NCBI GenBank assembly: GCA_963777505.1
Contig: CAVZQN010000001.1
Location: 224,001-288,000, forward strand
Direction of reading: 5' to 3'
DNA from: an uncultured bacterium
Lineage (GTDB): Bacteria; Acidobacteriota; HRBIN11; JAKEFK01
DNA length: 64,000 nt
The stretch's first letter is position 1. Every line of letters starts with the position of its first letter. Under the pieces are notes generated by a model. That model was not told the origin of the DNA and searched no databases. It saw nothing but the letters and a program-made list of their open reading frames with translations. The position numbers and the translations under genes were made by a program. Below are positions 9,544 through 20,178 of this stretch, in pieces.

Positions 9544-10650
9544 ATGGCTCAGATCATTCTCGAACTGCTCAGCGTGACAAAGCGTTTCGGAAACTTTACA
9601 GCAGTTGACAATGTTAACCTTCAAATTGAACGAGGAGAATTCTTTTCCCTTTTAGGCCCAAGTGGTTGTGGCAAAACGACCTTATTACGCATGATTGCGG
9701 GGTTTGAAACGACAACCGAAGGTCAAATCCTTATTAATAATGAAGACATTGCCGGGCTGCCTCCTTATAAACGCCCGGTCAATACCGTCTTTCAACATTA
9801 CGCATTGTTCCCTCATCTAAATGTCTATCAGAATGTCGCTTTTGGACTGGAGCGCAAAGGTCTTTCAGCCGATGAGGTTAAAAAAGCGGTAGGCGAAGCT
9901 CTCGAACAAATGCGCCTTATTGGTTTTGAAAAGAGGCGTCCTTCGCAATTGAGTGGCGGACAAAAACAACGAGTCGCATTAGCAAGGGCGCTTGTTTTAA
10001 GGCCGCAGGTCCTTCTGCTAGATGAACCGCTCGGAGCGCTGGATATGAAACTTCGCAAAGAAATGCAGGTTGAATTGAAAAACCTTCAGGAGCGGTTGAA
10101 GATCACATTTATTTTCGTGACTCACGATCAGGAAGAAGCGCTGGTTATGTCCGATCGCATTGGCGTGATGAATGTCGGAAAACTGGAACAAGTTGGTAAG
10201 AGTTGTTCAGAAATTTTTGAAAGACCACGGACTGAATTTGTGGCCAACTTTATGGGGGCAACGAATCTATTCGAAGCTACGCTTTCGAAAAAGAATGATA
10301 GGAATTACTTAAGCATGGCTGATGGCATTCAATTTGAGACGAATTCGAATGGACATAGTGAAGGACCTGTAAAATTTATAATCAGGCCCGAAAAATTGAT
10401 TCTCTCCGCTGAGCCGATTCCGGATCGGATTAGCCTTAAAGTCAAAATTGTAGATGAAGTGTTTCAAGGACAGGTTACAACCTGGGTTGTTGAACATGCC
10501 GGGAAAATTTTCACGGTGCTCGAACAAAACAGCAAAGTTACTGATGAAATGGGACGCTTCTCCCGCGGCGATTCAGCATATGTTTCCTGGAATCCAAAGC
10601 ATGCTGTAGTGCTTGAAGATCCGATGAAGCAGTCCGCAGAAATAAAATGA
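9544..10650 (+). CDS. potA: Spermidine/putrescine ABC transporter ATP-binding protein
   Basis: GPSGCGKT, RPVNTVFQHYALFPHL, LSGGQKQR, C-terminal TOBE-like region. Confidence 0.92.
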   Translation: MAQIILELLSVTKRFGNFTAVDNVNLQIERGEFFSLLGPSGCGKTTLLRMIAGFETTTEGQILINNEDIAGLPPYKRPVNTVFQHYALFPHLNVYQNVAFGLERKGLSADEVKKAVGEALEQMRLIGFEKRRPSQLSGGQKQRVALARALVLRPQVLLLDEPLGALDMKLRKEMQVELKNLQERLKITFIFVTHDQEEALVMSDRIGVMNVGKLEQVGKSCSEIFERPRTEFVANFMGATNLFEATLSKKNDRNYLSMADGIQFETNSNGHSEGPVKFIIRPEKLILSAEPIPDRISLKVKIVDEVFQGQVTTWVVEHAGKIFTVLEQNSKVTDEMGRFSRGDSAYVSWNPKHAVVLEDPMKQSAEIK

Positions 10651-11564
10651 CACATGCCTTAATCCATTTCTTTCAACGCTTCCCTACCCTGCGGCCGTAC
10701 ACACTACTCTCACTGGCAATATTAGTTCTAGGAATTTTCTTCTTTTTTCCACTGCTGATTATGCTGCTCTATAGTTTTGCCCAACGCGACACTTACGGCG
10801 GAATCAAGGTGATTCAGGATTTCGGCGCGTATCTGAAATCAATGAATTGGCTTAATAACTACATTCGTTCTTTTGAACCGATTTATCTAGAAATTTATTT
10901 CCGATCGCTCTGGATGGCTGTTCTAACTACAATTCTGTGTTTGATCATCGGTTATCCAATCGCATACTTTATTGCTCTCCGAACAAAGCCAAGCTTGAAG
11001 AACACACTTTTGACACTTGTGATCATTCCGTTCTGGACTTCATTTCTGATCCGCACGTATGCATGGGTCATCATTCTTCGAAGCGAAGGTTTAATCAATC
11101 AGTTCCTGATCGGCGCCGGTCTAATCTCGAGCCCGATTGAGACTCTTTTGTATTCTGAATTTGCAGTGATGCTCGGTCTTGTTTATGGCGAATTGCCTTT
11201 CATGATCCTTCCTCTATATGCATCAATCGAAAAACTGGATACGTCATTACTTGAAGCGGCAAACGATCTTGGTGCAAACAGCTTTTGGACATTCTTCAAA
11301 GTCACTGTTCCTTTGACAATGCCTGGAATTGCAGCCGGAATCATACTTGTTTTCATTCCAACTATTGGAACCTTTATCACTCCCGATCTTCTAGGCGGAG
11401 CTAAAAGCATTCTTGTGGGAAATCTCGTCCAAAATCAATTTGCAATTGCGCGCGATAAACCTTTTGGTGCTGCAATTTGTTTCGGGCTTACTGCTTTTGT
11501 GTTAATTGTTTTGTATTTTTACTCAAGACACTCTTCAAAAAGAGAAAAGGCGATCTTTGTATGA
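10647..11564 (+). CDS. potB: Spermidine/putrescine ABC transporter permease
   Basis: IPFWTSFLIRTYAW, LPFMILPLYA, LLEAANDLGA; ATGA overlap. Confidence 0.92.
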   Translation: MTHALIHFFQRFPTLRPYTLLSLAILVLGIFFFFPLLIMLLYSFAQRDTYGGIKVIQDFGAYLKSMNWLNNYIRSFEPIYLEIYFRSLWMAVLTTILCLIIGYPIAYFIALRTKPSLKNTLLTLVIIPFWTSFLIRTYAWVIILRSEGLINQFLIGAGLISSPIETLLYSEFAVMLGLVYGELPFMILPLYASIEKLDTSLLEAANDLGANSFWTFFKVTVPLTMPGIAAGIILVFIPTIGTFITPDLLGGAKSILVGNLVQNQFAIARDKPFGAAICFGLTAFVLIVLYFYSRHSSKREKAIFV

Positions 11565-12340
11565 ACCAGAGCCGGTTGTCTCGATCATTTCTGGTTTCTG
11601 AATCATTCCTGGTTTATGCCTTCTTATATGCGCCAATCATAATTCTTGTCATCTACTCGTTTAACAGTTCGCGATATTCAGTCTGGGAAGGCTTTAGTCT
11701 TCAGTGGTACAAAAGCTTGTTCCACAATCAATTGATACTACGCGCTTTGCGGAACAGCCTGATTGTTGCTGTAGCGTCTACCATCTTTTCTGCGATCATC
11801 GGCACTCTTGCAGCGCTCGGGATGCAGCGATTTGAATTTCGTGGAAAGAAAGGGATGGAAGCACTTTTCTACTTGCCTGTCATCATTCCCGAAATCGTGA
11901 TGGCAGCATCGCTTGTGATTTTTTTTGGCTTCGTCAAGATGACACTCGGAATGAACACAATCATTCTGGCTCATGTGGCCTTTTGTGTGTCCTATGTTGT
12001 GATAGTTGTCAGGGCGCGCCTGGAAGGATTTGATAGAACGCTTGAAGAAGCGGCAATGGATCTTGGCGCAAATGAAATTCAAACCTTTTTCCGTGTCACG
12101 CTTCCTTTAATCGCTCCTGGCATTTTGTCAGGCGCGCTACTTGCTTTTACCCTTTCAATTGATGATTACATCATTACATCGTTTGTCGCCGGTGTAGGTT
12201 CCACCACACTACCACTTCAGATTTATTCCATGGTAAAAACAAAAGTGACTCCGGAAATTAATGCGGTATCAACCTTGTTGCTAATCCCAACAATTTTGCT
12301 GATTATTCTCTCGGACAGGCTTCAGAGAGGAGAGAAATGA
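11561..12340 (+). CDS. potC: Spermidine/putrescine ABC transporter permease
   Basis: FLYAPI, LEEAAMDLGA, AFTLSIDD, TPEINA; ATGA overlap. Confidence 0.92.
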   Translation: MNQSRLSRSFLVSESFLVYAFLYAPIIILVIYSFNSSRYSVWEGFSLQWYKSLFHNQLILRALRNSLIVAVASTIFSAIIGTLAALGMQRFEFRGKKGMEALFYLPVIIPEIVMAASLVIFFGFVKMTLGMNTIILAHVAFCVSYVVIVVRARLEGFDRTLEEAAMDLGANEIQTFFRVTLPLIAPGILSGALLAFTLSIDDYIITSFVAGVGSTTLPLQIYSMVKTKVTPEINAVSTLLLIPTILLIILSDRLQRGEK

Positions 12341-13392
12341 AATCAAACAGGTCTTTACTTTGGAGAGTGCTTTCAGTTGCTTTAGTCATATTTGTTGCAG
12401 GATGTTCAGGAAAAAATGGAGATACAACTGAAAAGCGTCTGAATCTTTACATCTGGTCAGCCTATGTTTCGGACGAAACCCTTGCAAAATTTGAAAAAGA
12501 TACGGGAATCAGAGTCCGATATGACACCTATGATTCGAACGAAGCTTTGCTCGAAAAAATGCAATCAGGTGTGGCTGATTACGATGTAATTGTTCCTTCG
12601 GATTACATGGTTCGGATCATGCGTCATCAAAATCTTCTTGAAAAAATTGATTTGAATCGCCTGCCGAACTTCAAAAACATAGGGCAGAAATTTCGGAACA
12701 TGTCTTATGATCCGAATAATGCTCACTCGATTCCATTTCTATGGGGAACAGCTGGTATCGGCTATAACAAAACTAAAGTAACAGAACCTGTCGATTCGTG
12801 GTCAATTTTATGGAATCCAAAATATAAAAATCGGATCTTAATGCTTGAAGATCAGCGTGAAACTTTCGGCGTCGCTCTAAAATGGAAAGGACATTCGATC
12901 AATACGAAAGACATTGCACAATTAGAAGAAGCTAAAAGCCTGCTTATTTTGCAAAAACCGCTTGTTAAAACTTATAGCAGTTCGAATTTTGATGAAATTC
13001 TTCTAAGTGGAGATGTGTGGCTGGCACATGGCTGGAGCGGACAGTTAGCAAAAGCAGCGGATCAAAATAAGAATCTTGCCTATGTTATTCCAAAGGAAGG
13101 TTCCACACTTTGGGTTGATAATCTAGCGATGCCCCTTTCTGCGAAACACAAAGAAGAAGCGTATGCTTTTTTGAACTATTTTCTTGATGCTGCAGTGGCC
13201 GCTGAAGTCACAAATTATTCGGGATACGCAAACCCGAATGAAGCAGCAAAGCCGTTCATAAAACCAGAAATATTGAATGATCCAGCGCGATATCCCAGTG
13301 ATGAAGTTCTGGCCAAATGCGAACTTCTGATGGATTTGGGCGAAACCTCTCAAACGCTGGATCGCATGTGGACCGAAGTGAAGTCTAGATGA
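12337..13392 (+). CDS. potD: Spermidine/putrescine-binding lipoprotein
   Basis: Lipobox VAGC, YDSNE, PSDYM, WGTAGI, WSG, PKEG..WVD. Confidence 0.92.
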   Translation: MKSNRSLLWRVLSVALVIFVAGCSGKNGDTTEKRLNLYIWSAYVSDETLAKFEKDTGIRVRYDTYDSNEALLEKMQSGVADYDVIVPSDYMVRIMRHQNLLEKIDLNRLPNFKNIGQKFRNMSYDPNNAHSIPFLWGTAGIGYNKTKVTEPVDSWSILWNPKYKNRILMLEDQRETFGVALKWKGHSINTKDIAQLEEAKSLLILQKPLVKTYSSSNFDEILLSGDVWLAHGWSGQLAKAADQNKNLAYVIPKEGSTLWVDNLAMPLSAKHKEEAYAFLNYFLDAAVAAEVTNYSGYANPNEAAKPFIKPEILNDPARYPSDEVLAKCELLMDLGETSQTLDRMWTEVKSR

Positions 13393-13395
13393 TCT

Positions 13396-13545
13396 AAGAT
13401 TTCAGATGTTAGATTTCAGATTGAAATTTTAGATTTTAGGATTGATAGAACCTTAGTGGATGGAGAAAATTCTTAACCAACCAAAGTCTTTCTATCAATC
13501 TATAATCCTTCAATTCTCGAAGTCTGAAATCTGAAATCTAAAATG
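13396..13545. repeat. Degenerate 7-mer tandem repeats (AGATTTC) with an inverted set (GAAATCT)
   Basis: agatttc agatgtt agatttc agattga ... gaagtct gaaatct gaaatct. Confidence 0.6.
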
Positions 13546-13552
13546 GTGAAGA

Positions 13553-15023
13553 ATGGTAGGACATTGGATCAACGGAAAATTCGTAGATAGCGCATCCGGA
13601 CAAACGTTTCCGGTTGTTAATCCAGCAACGGAAGAAGTCATAGATCATGCAGCGCGTGGAAATGCTGAAGATGCAGATCGCGCCACTGAAGCTGCTTACG
13701 CTGCATTTGCTCATTGGAAAAAGACTCCCGGGCTCGAACGAGCCGAACAAATGCACGAATTTGCGCGACGTCTCCGCGCAAAATAATCGCAAGATTGCAG
13801 AACTTCTGACACGTGAAGGCGGCAAACCTCTAATTGAAAATCTGGATGAAATTGAATGGGTTGCCGCGTGTTTTGATTATTACGCCGAAATTGGACGCGA
13901 TCATAAAGGGAAAGTTCTTGGTCCTGTTGCGCATCACCAGTTGAACTTCACCTTAAAAGAACCGTACGGTGTGGTTGTCACGATCGTGCCATGGAATTAT
14001 CCGCTTCTTTTGATGAGCTGGAAGGTTGCAGCTGCGCTTGCAGCAGGAAACACAGTCATTATTAAACCTTCTGAATTCACACCGCTTTCAACTCTTGCTC
14101 TTTCTGAAATGTTTGAGGCTTTTCCTCCAGGTGTTGTCAATATTATTTCCGGTTACGGAAAAGAAGCCGGCGAACCACTTGTAAAACATCCAAAGGTAAG
14201 CAAGATTGCATTCACAGGCGGGATTGATACTGGACGCAAAATTGCTGTTTGGGCCGCCGAAAATTTGAAAAAAGTTTCACTGGAGCTAAGCGGCAATGAT
14301 CCGTTAATCGTTTGTGATGATGTTGATCTTGATATAGCCGTTCGCGGAGCGGCATGGGCATGCTATTTAAATATGGGACAGGTCTGCACTTCTGCAGAAC
14401 GTATTTACGTATTTGAAAATGTTGCTGATAAGTTCATTCAGAAATTTGTAGATTTTACTCGCACATTGCGAATCGGAAATCCAATGGGTCCCGATGTTGA
14501 TTTAGGACCGATGGTCAATGCCGATCAGCGCAGAAAAGTGGAAGAGAAACTTGAACGCGCAAAGAAAGCGGGAGCTGAAGTACTCATTGGCGGCAAAAGG
14601 CCTGACGGTTTTTCAAAAGGTTTCTACCTGGAGCCGTCCGTTGTTACAGGCGTAAATCATGATATGGAGATCATGAAAACAGAAACATTCGGTCCCATTG
14701 CTCCAATTATGCCTGTCAAAAATATTGAAGAAGCGGTCCGGCTTGCGGATGATTCCGATTTTGGTTTAGGTGCAAGTATTTATACAAACAATTTGGAATA
14801 TGCCATGTATGCAATGGAAAACATTCATGCCGGTACTTTCTGGATCAATGATCCACTTACCGATAATGATGCAGGCCCGTTTGGTGGTATGAGGTTAAGC
14901 GGACAAAATCGCGAACTAGGAATGGAAGGTCTCGATAATTTCCGCGATGTGAAACACGTTCACCTCGATTACAAAATCGAACCCAAAGCATACTGGTATC
15001 CATACAAATGGAAATTGGAGTAG
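13553..15023 (+). CDS. NAD-dependent aldehyde dehydrogenase (probable aminobutyraldehyde dehydrogenase), frameshifted near 13780
   Basis: ORF 13553-13786 gives the ALDH N-terminus (WINGKFV..VNPAT); the 13647-15023 frame gives PWNYP, FTGG, LELSGN, GQVC, ETFGP; removing one A from gcaaaataat joins them. Confidence 0.88.
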
Positions 15024-15030
15024 CACGTGG

Positions 15031-15049
15031 CGCGGACGTCCCGTCCGCG
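15031..15049. repeat. Single REP-like palindrome between convergent genes
   Basis: cgcggacgtcccgtccgcg, same as unit 1 of the 5954 cluster. Confidence 0.65.
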
Positions 15050-15050
15050 A

Positions 15051-17066
15051 TCAGTTCGGCTTCACACCAACAGCACGATATAGCTCGGCGGCATCATACA
15101 TAACACCACCCTTAATCACCGTTTCCACGTTTCGTATATCGCTGATATTTTTTGTGGGATCACCATCAATAACAATCATGTCGGCCAGTTTTCTCTTTGT
15201 AATCGATCCGAGCTCGTTGTCCTTTCGTGCTATTCGAGCCGCTGTGAGAGTCGCAATTTGAAGTACCTTTGCTGGTGGAATTCCGGAAGCGGCATAGAGT
15301 TCCAATTCGCGATGTAAAGTAAAGCCCGGAGTGCTGTCGGTACCTGCTACAACTGTAATATTATTCCTATAGAGCTCACCTACCAGATCCACCATCTTTT
15401 GAAATGAATCGTGATAAAGCTTTTCCTTACCTTCAGGGATTGGAAAACCGCCGGAAAGAAACTGGCGTCTCACCTGCGGCGGAAGCCTCGGTACAACAGA
15501 CTTGTATCCTTCGAGGACTTCACCTGGTTTCGAGGTAAGGATCACTTCAAAGATCGAGACAGTAGGATCGATTGTAATTTGCTTTTCTTTTAACAGATTA
15601 AGGAATGATTTCCATTTGTCCGATTTAAGATCCATTCCAGCTGCATTTTCTGCTACAGCTGTAAAACGTAAAGGTGTCCGGGTGTCTTTTGCAATATCAA
15701 ACAGGAAATTCAGAAACAGCATATTTGCATGTTGAATTTCATTGTAACCAGCATTCACAGCTTGCTCTGCAGTCATAAATGCAGGAATATGCCCACTGAC
15801 TCGCATGCCATGTTTGCGGGCTTGATCCACGATTGCCGGCACTAGTTCCGGTTTCAATGAGCTATATAACTTGATTTGGATACATCCAAGTTTTGCATAC
15901 TTATCGACTTCGGCCCGGGCTTGCTCTTCGGTATCTACAAGAACTTTCGAAGGTCCTGCATAAGGGCCTGGGCCATCAATGAAGCCGGCCATGACTATTC
16001 TGGGTCCGATTAGTTCACCTGAATCAAATTTCTGTCTGGTTCGAATTAATTCCTGCGTATCGTTTGCAAGATCACGAACTGCTGTCACACCGGCAGCTAA
16101 ATGCAACAAACCGTCAGAACTTCCTATGTGTACATGCATGTCCCATAATCCAGGCATTACAAATTTGCCGTGGAGATCGATCACTTTTGTTTTAAATGGC
16201 GCTTTCAACTCTGCATCGACTCCGACAGCGCGGATTTTATTTCCTTCGATCAAGATTGATTGCCCTGTTTTTGTTTCACCCGTTTCCGAATCGAAAAGCC
16301 GCGCATTCCGAAGCATCAACGCCTGGTATGATTTTTTTCCAAGCTCTTTTGCTAATCGCGCAAGCCGAGCCGACTGTGCATCCTCCTGAGCTTTCAGGAT
16401 TGCTTCCATCGATTTCTCAAATCCTTTCCGTACGACAAAAAAGAAACTTCCGCCTGTAGCAAAGAAATTTTGATCGGCATCCAACCAGATGGTGGCTGGA
16501 ACAAAATCCAATCCACGAATCGCATACTGAAAGACTTTTGATTTCGCGCCGTCCGCTTCGACTTCAAGTTCCCCAGATTTTTCAAGGCTTGCTTCACCTT
16601 CCGGGAGCAAACCTAGTTTTTGTTCCGGAGCTTTCAATAACGCTTTTACAAGGAGTGCAATTTCGAAAGGCACCCCCGTTTGGCTTATGTAGAATTCATT
16701 CCCTTGAAATTCTTTTTCACCCTGCTCTGCTTCATTTTTCCAGGCCGCCCTTGTGCCGGTTACCTTAAATGTTTCAGTGATGGGCGTCTTAAAATAATTA
16801 TTGCCAGTGTTTTCGATGCTTACCGGTACTCCTTTTTCATTCAAAACAATACGAGTAGAAAGTTTGGGTCCTCTTCCTCGATCGTTGTATTCATATGAGA
16901 TTTGGAATTCAGAACCTGTAGCTACATTAATGCTTTGAAAACCCGCGGGATTGCCCCCACTGAGCACCGTATATTGCAAAGGCGACGAGGAATCAGAAGT
17001 GCTTGAAAACAAAGCAGATATGACAATAATAAGCAGTAAAAAACGAGGCATGTTAGGCTCCTCCAT
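15051..17066 (-). CDS. Secreted amidohydrolase superfamily protein
   Basis: Signal peptide; PGLWDMHVH, IKLY, SGH, AGTD, ADMIVIDGDP. Confidence 0.85.
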   Translation of the reverse strand: MEEPNMPRFLLLIIVISALFSSTSDSSSPLQYTVLSGGNPAGFQSINVATGSEFQISYEYNDRGRGPKLSTRIVLNEKGVPVSIENTGNNYFKTPITETFKVTGTRAAWKNEAEQGEKEFQGNEFYISQTGVPFEIALLVKALLKAPEQKLGLLPEGEASLEKSGELEVEADGAKSKVFQYAIRGLDFVPATIWLDADQNFFATGGSFFFVVRKGFEKSMEAILKAQEDAQSARLARLAKELGKKSYQALMLRNARLFDSETGETKTGQSILIEGNKIRAVGVDAELKAPFKTKVIDLHGKFVMPGLWDMHVHIGSSDGLLHLAAGVTAVRDLANDTQELIRTRQKFDSGELIGPRIVMAGFIDGPGPYAGPSKVLVDTEEQARAEVDKYAKLGCIQIKLYSSLKPELVPAIVDQARKHGMRVSGHIPAFMTAEQAVNAGYNEIQHANMLFLNFLFDIAKDTRTPLRFTAVAENAAGMDLKSDKWKSFLNLLKEKQITIDPTVSIFEVILTSKPGEVLEGYKSVVPRLPPQVRRQFLSGGFPIPEGKEKLYHDSFQKMVDLVGELYRNNITVVAGTDSTPGFTLHRELELYAASGIPPAKVLQIATLTAARIARKDNELGSITKRKLADMIVIDGDPTKNISDIRNVETVIKGGVMYDAAELYRAVGVKPN

Positions 17067-17268
17067 CAGGGATTTTATTGTACTCCGAATTTAGGAAAGT
17101 CATTCGGTTTGGGTTATAATTATTGCGTTAGTGTTAATGAATTAGGTGGAAAAACGTCAAGGATGAACGTTCAGGTTCTATAGCGTTAAGCGACTTCCCG
17201 GATCCACACCCCCCACGGCGTCGCGAGACGCTGTCTAGATCTCTGGCTTTGTAGTTCTAAGGCTTTGT

Positions 17269-18576
17269 ATGCCGAAATATATCCGCTTGAATACTCGAAT
17301 TCCCGGCCCTAAGTCCCGGGAATTGATGGAGTTTCGCAAGCAGCATGTTCCCTCGGGAATCTTCCATTCAACCCCAATTTTTATTGAATCAGCAACCGGT
17401 GCTCTGCTAAATGATGTTGATGGCAATACTCTGATCGACTTTGCCGGCGGAATTGGCACTCTTAATGCGGGACATTGCAATCCAGAAGTTGTAGAAGCCG
17501 CAATCAAACAAACGGCACGATTAACGCACACCTGTTTCAGTGTTGCGCCTTATGAGAGCTATATCCAGCTTGCCGAAACTTTGAACCGCATTACGCCAGG
17601 CAATTTTGTGAAGAAGACAATGCTGACCAACAGCGGCGCTGAAGCTGTTGAAAATGCAGTGAAGATTGCGCGTCATTATACAAAACGGGAAGGAGTCGTC
17701 GTTTTTGAGCACGCGTTTCACGGACGAACGTTGCTTACTATGAGCATGACGGGCAAAGTGAAGCCATACAAATTTGGTTTCGGTCCTTTTGCGCCGGAAA
17801 TTTACAGACTTCCCTATCCTTATGAATACAGAAACGAACCGATCGACCTCGAACAATTTTTCGGATCCAATGTTGCTCCTGAAAATGTGAGCTGCGTCGT
17901 TATTGAACCGGTGCTTGGAGAAGGCGGATTCGTTCCAGCACCTGGTGAGTATTTACGTAAAATCCAGGAAGTGTGCCGGAAATATGGAATTCTATTTATT
18001 GCAGATGAAGTGCAATCCGGATTCGGCCGGACTGGCGCTATGTTTGCCTGCGAACATTACGGAGTGGAACCAGATCTCATCGTGCTCGCAAAATCTCTAG
18101 CCGGCGGATTCCCTCTGAGTTCTGTCACAGGTCGCGCTGAAATAATGGATAGCGCGCAAGTCGGAGGGTTAGGCGGAACATTTGCCGGAAATCCTGTTAG
18201 TTGTGCAGCCGCTCTAGCCGCCATTCAATTCATTGAACGGGAAAATTTACCTGCACGCGCGCGCAAAATCGGCGAAATTGTGCGACAACGCTTCAATAAT
18301 TTCCATGAAAGAGATAATCGCATCGGTGATGTGCGCGGCTTGGGTGCGATGATGGCATTGGAATTTGTAAAAGATCGCCAATTCAAAGAACCAGATAAAG
18401 ATTTGACGAACGAACTTATACGACGGTGTTATGAGATGGGATTGATCTTAATTGCTGCCGGTACGTATGGGAATGTGATTCGAACCCTGATGCCACTGGT
18501 CATTGCAGATGATCAGTTGGAAGAAGGATTGGATGTGATAGACCATGCTCTCAAAGAATCATCTCGCTCCGTTTGA
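17269..18576 (+). CDS. gabT: 4-aminobutyrate aminotransferase (class III PLP)
   Basis: IDFAGGIG, NSGAEAVENAVKIAR, AFHGRT, ADEVQSGFGRTG, AKSLAGG, GGLGGTFAGNP. Confidence 0.9.
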   Translation: MPKYIRLNTRIPGPKSRELMEFRKQHVPSGIFHSTPIFIESATGALLNDVDGNTLIDFAGGIGTLNAGHCNPEVVEAAIKQTARLTHTCFSVAPYESYIQLAETLNRITPGNFVKKTMLTNSGAEAVENAVKIARHYTKREGVVVFEHAFHGRTLLTMSMTGKVKPYKFGFGPFAPEIYRLPYPYEYRNEPIDLEQFFGSNVAPENVSCVVIEPVLGEGGFVPAPGEYLRKIQEVCRKYGILFIADEVQSGFGRTGAMFACEHYGVEPDLIVLAKSLAGGFPLSSVTGRAEIMDSAQVGGLGGTFAGNPVSCAAALAAIQFIERENLPARARKIGEIVRQRFNNFHERDNRIGDVRGLGAMMALEFVKDRQFKEPDKDLTNELIRRCYEMGLILIAAGTYGNVIRTLMPLVIADDQLEEGLDVIDHALKESSRSV

Positions 18577-18653
18577 AGCTCGCGACTATTAGCAGTTGCA
18601 CTCGTTCAGTAACGATGCAACACGGCTAATTGAAGTTTCAAATTGGAGTGATT

Positions 18654-20027
18654 ATGAATGAAAAAGAAGTCTTAAAAGAGTCACAAAAATGGCTCAACAT
18701 CATCGGTTCCACGTCTCTTTCTGAGGAAGAAAAGCACGCCCTCATTCAGGAAACTGTCGAAAATTTTACGTTCTATTACAATCGCGGTTATCTGGACTAT
18801 AGAAAATCAGTCATTGAAATGCGCGAAGAACCTGCGCTTGAATGGATCGGAAGTGAATCGATATTGGAAGATATTCTTGGTAGAAAATTTATCGATTGTT
18901 TGGGCGGTTTCGGCATTTATAGTGCGGGTATTAAGCATCCAAAGGTTGTCAAAGCTGTAGCTGACCAGCTTCAAAGGATGCCCCTTTCAAGTCAAGAACT
19001 TTTAGATCCGCTGCGTGGGGCGCTTGCGAAGCTTCTCGGCGAAATTGCTCCGGGAGATTTGCAATACTGTTTCTTCATTAATAACGGGACAGATGCAGTT
19101 GAAGGCGCAATTAAGCTCGCACGTGTATATACAGGAAAAACCAATTTCATCAGTTCATTGCGAGGCTTCCATGGAAAAAGCTGCGGAGCTTTGAGCTTGA
19201 TGGGAAAATGGGAATTTCGTGAACCTTTTTTGCCACTTTTACCTGGCATTCAATTCGTTGAGTTTGGTGATGCAGATGCAGTAGAAGATGAATTGTACAA
19301 AGCTGATGCAACAGGCAAAGGCGTGGCAGCCGTCATTATGGAACCAGTCCAGGGTGAAGCAGGAGCAGTTGTACCGCCAGACGATTTTTGGCCGCGCATC
19401 CGAAAAGCATGTGATGAATATGGTGCATTACTGATCGCGGATGAAGTACAAACGGGAATGGGACGTACAGGCAAGATGTTTGGTGTTGAACATTACAACA
19501 CAGTTCCTGACGTAATGTGTCTTGGCAAAGCTCTCGGTGGTGGTGTGATGCCGCTTAGCGCGTTTATGTCTACGCCTAAAATCTGGCAACATCTTGAAAC
19601 AAATCCATTCATTCACACATCAACGTTCGGCGGAAATCCATTAGCCTGCGCAGCCGGTATTGCGGCAATCAATGTAACTCTAGAGGAAGATCTTCCAGGT
19701 CAGGCTTATAGAAAAGGGCGATATTTGCTTGGTGAATTGACGGCTTTGCAGATGCGTTATGACCGGCTAATTAAGAAGGCACAAGGAAAGGGTCTTCTGC
19801 TTGGAATGGAATTTGTAAACACTGAAATCGGTTACAAAACCGTAGCGGGGTTATTTAAGCGCGGCGTTCTTGTTGCAGGAACATTGACAAATTCCCGAGT
19901 TGTACGAATTGAACCTGCATTGAACATACCGGATCCAATGATTGATGAAATTTTGGAACGATTGGAAGATACTCTGAAAGACATCGATCGGAATACAACC
20001 ACCATCACACCCGAAGAAGACGATTAA
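18654..20027 (+). CDS. patA: Putrescine aminotransferase (YgjG/PatA type)
   Basis: YRKSV, FIDCLGGFG, PLSSQELLDPLR, FHGKS.GALS, FIHTSTFGGNPLAC, VLVAGTL.N...RIEP. Confidence 0.88.
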   Translation: MNEKEVLKESQKWLNIIGSTSLSEEEKHALIQETVENFTFYYNRGYLDYRKSVIEMREEPALEWIGSESILEDILGRKFIDCLGGFGIYSAGIKHPKVVKAVADQLQRMPLSSQELLDPLRGALAKLLGEIAPGDLQYCFFINNGTDAVEGAIKLARVYTGKTNFISSLRGFHGKSCGALSLMGKWEFREPFLPLLPGIQFVEFGDADAVEDELYKADATGKGVAAVIMEPVQGEAGAVVPPDDFWPRIRKACDEYGALLIADEVQTGMGRTGKMFGVEHYNTVPDVMCLGKALGGGVMPLSAFMSTPKIWQHLETNPFIHTSTFGGNPLACAAGIAAINVTLEEDLPGQAYRKGRYLLGELTALQMRYDRLIKKAQGKGLLLGMEFVNTEIGYKTVAGLFKRGVLVAGTLTNSRVVRIEPALNIPDPMIDEILERLEDTLKDIDRNTTTITPEEDD

Positions 20028-20041
20028 ATTCTGCTGAATCC

Positions 20042-20101
20042 GTAGAGGGCGGGCCTCAGTGCCCGCCGATGATTGGCGGGCAGTGACGAACCCGCCCCTA
20101 C
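20042..20101. repeat. GTAG-type REP doublet (inverted pair)
   Basis: gtagagggcgggcctcagtgcccgcc ... ggcgggcagtgacgaacccgcccctac. Confidence 0.65.
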
Positions 20102-20178
20102 TATTCCGAAATAATCGCGTTTTACACCATTTCTATTGCTTCCGAATCCCGAAAAATGAAACACTGACTGTAATTCAA

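Noticed and set aside
13770-13790. Polyamine-responsive programmed +1 frameshift in ALDH (gca aaa taa)
   Set aside because: Attractive in a polyamine operon, but it sits in a homopolymer and unrelated genes in the window show similar indels; needs read evidence
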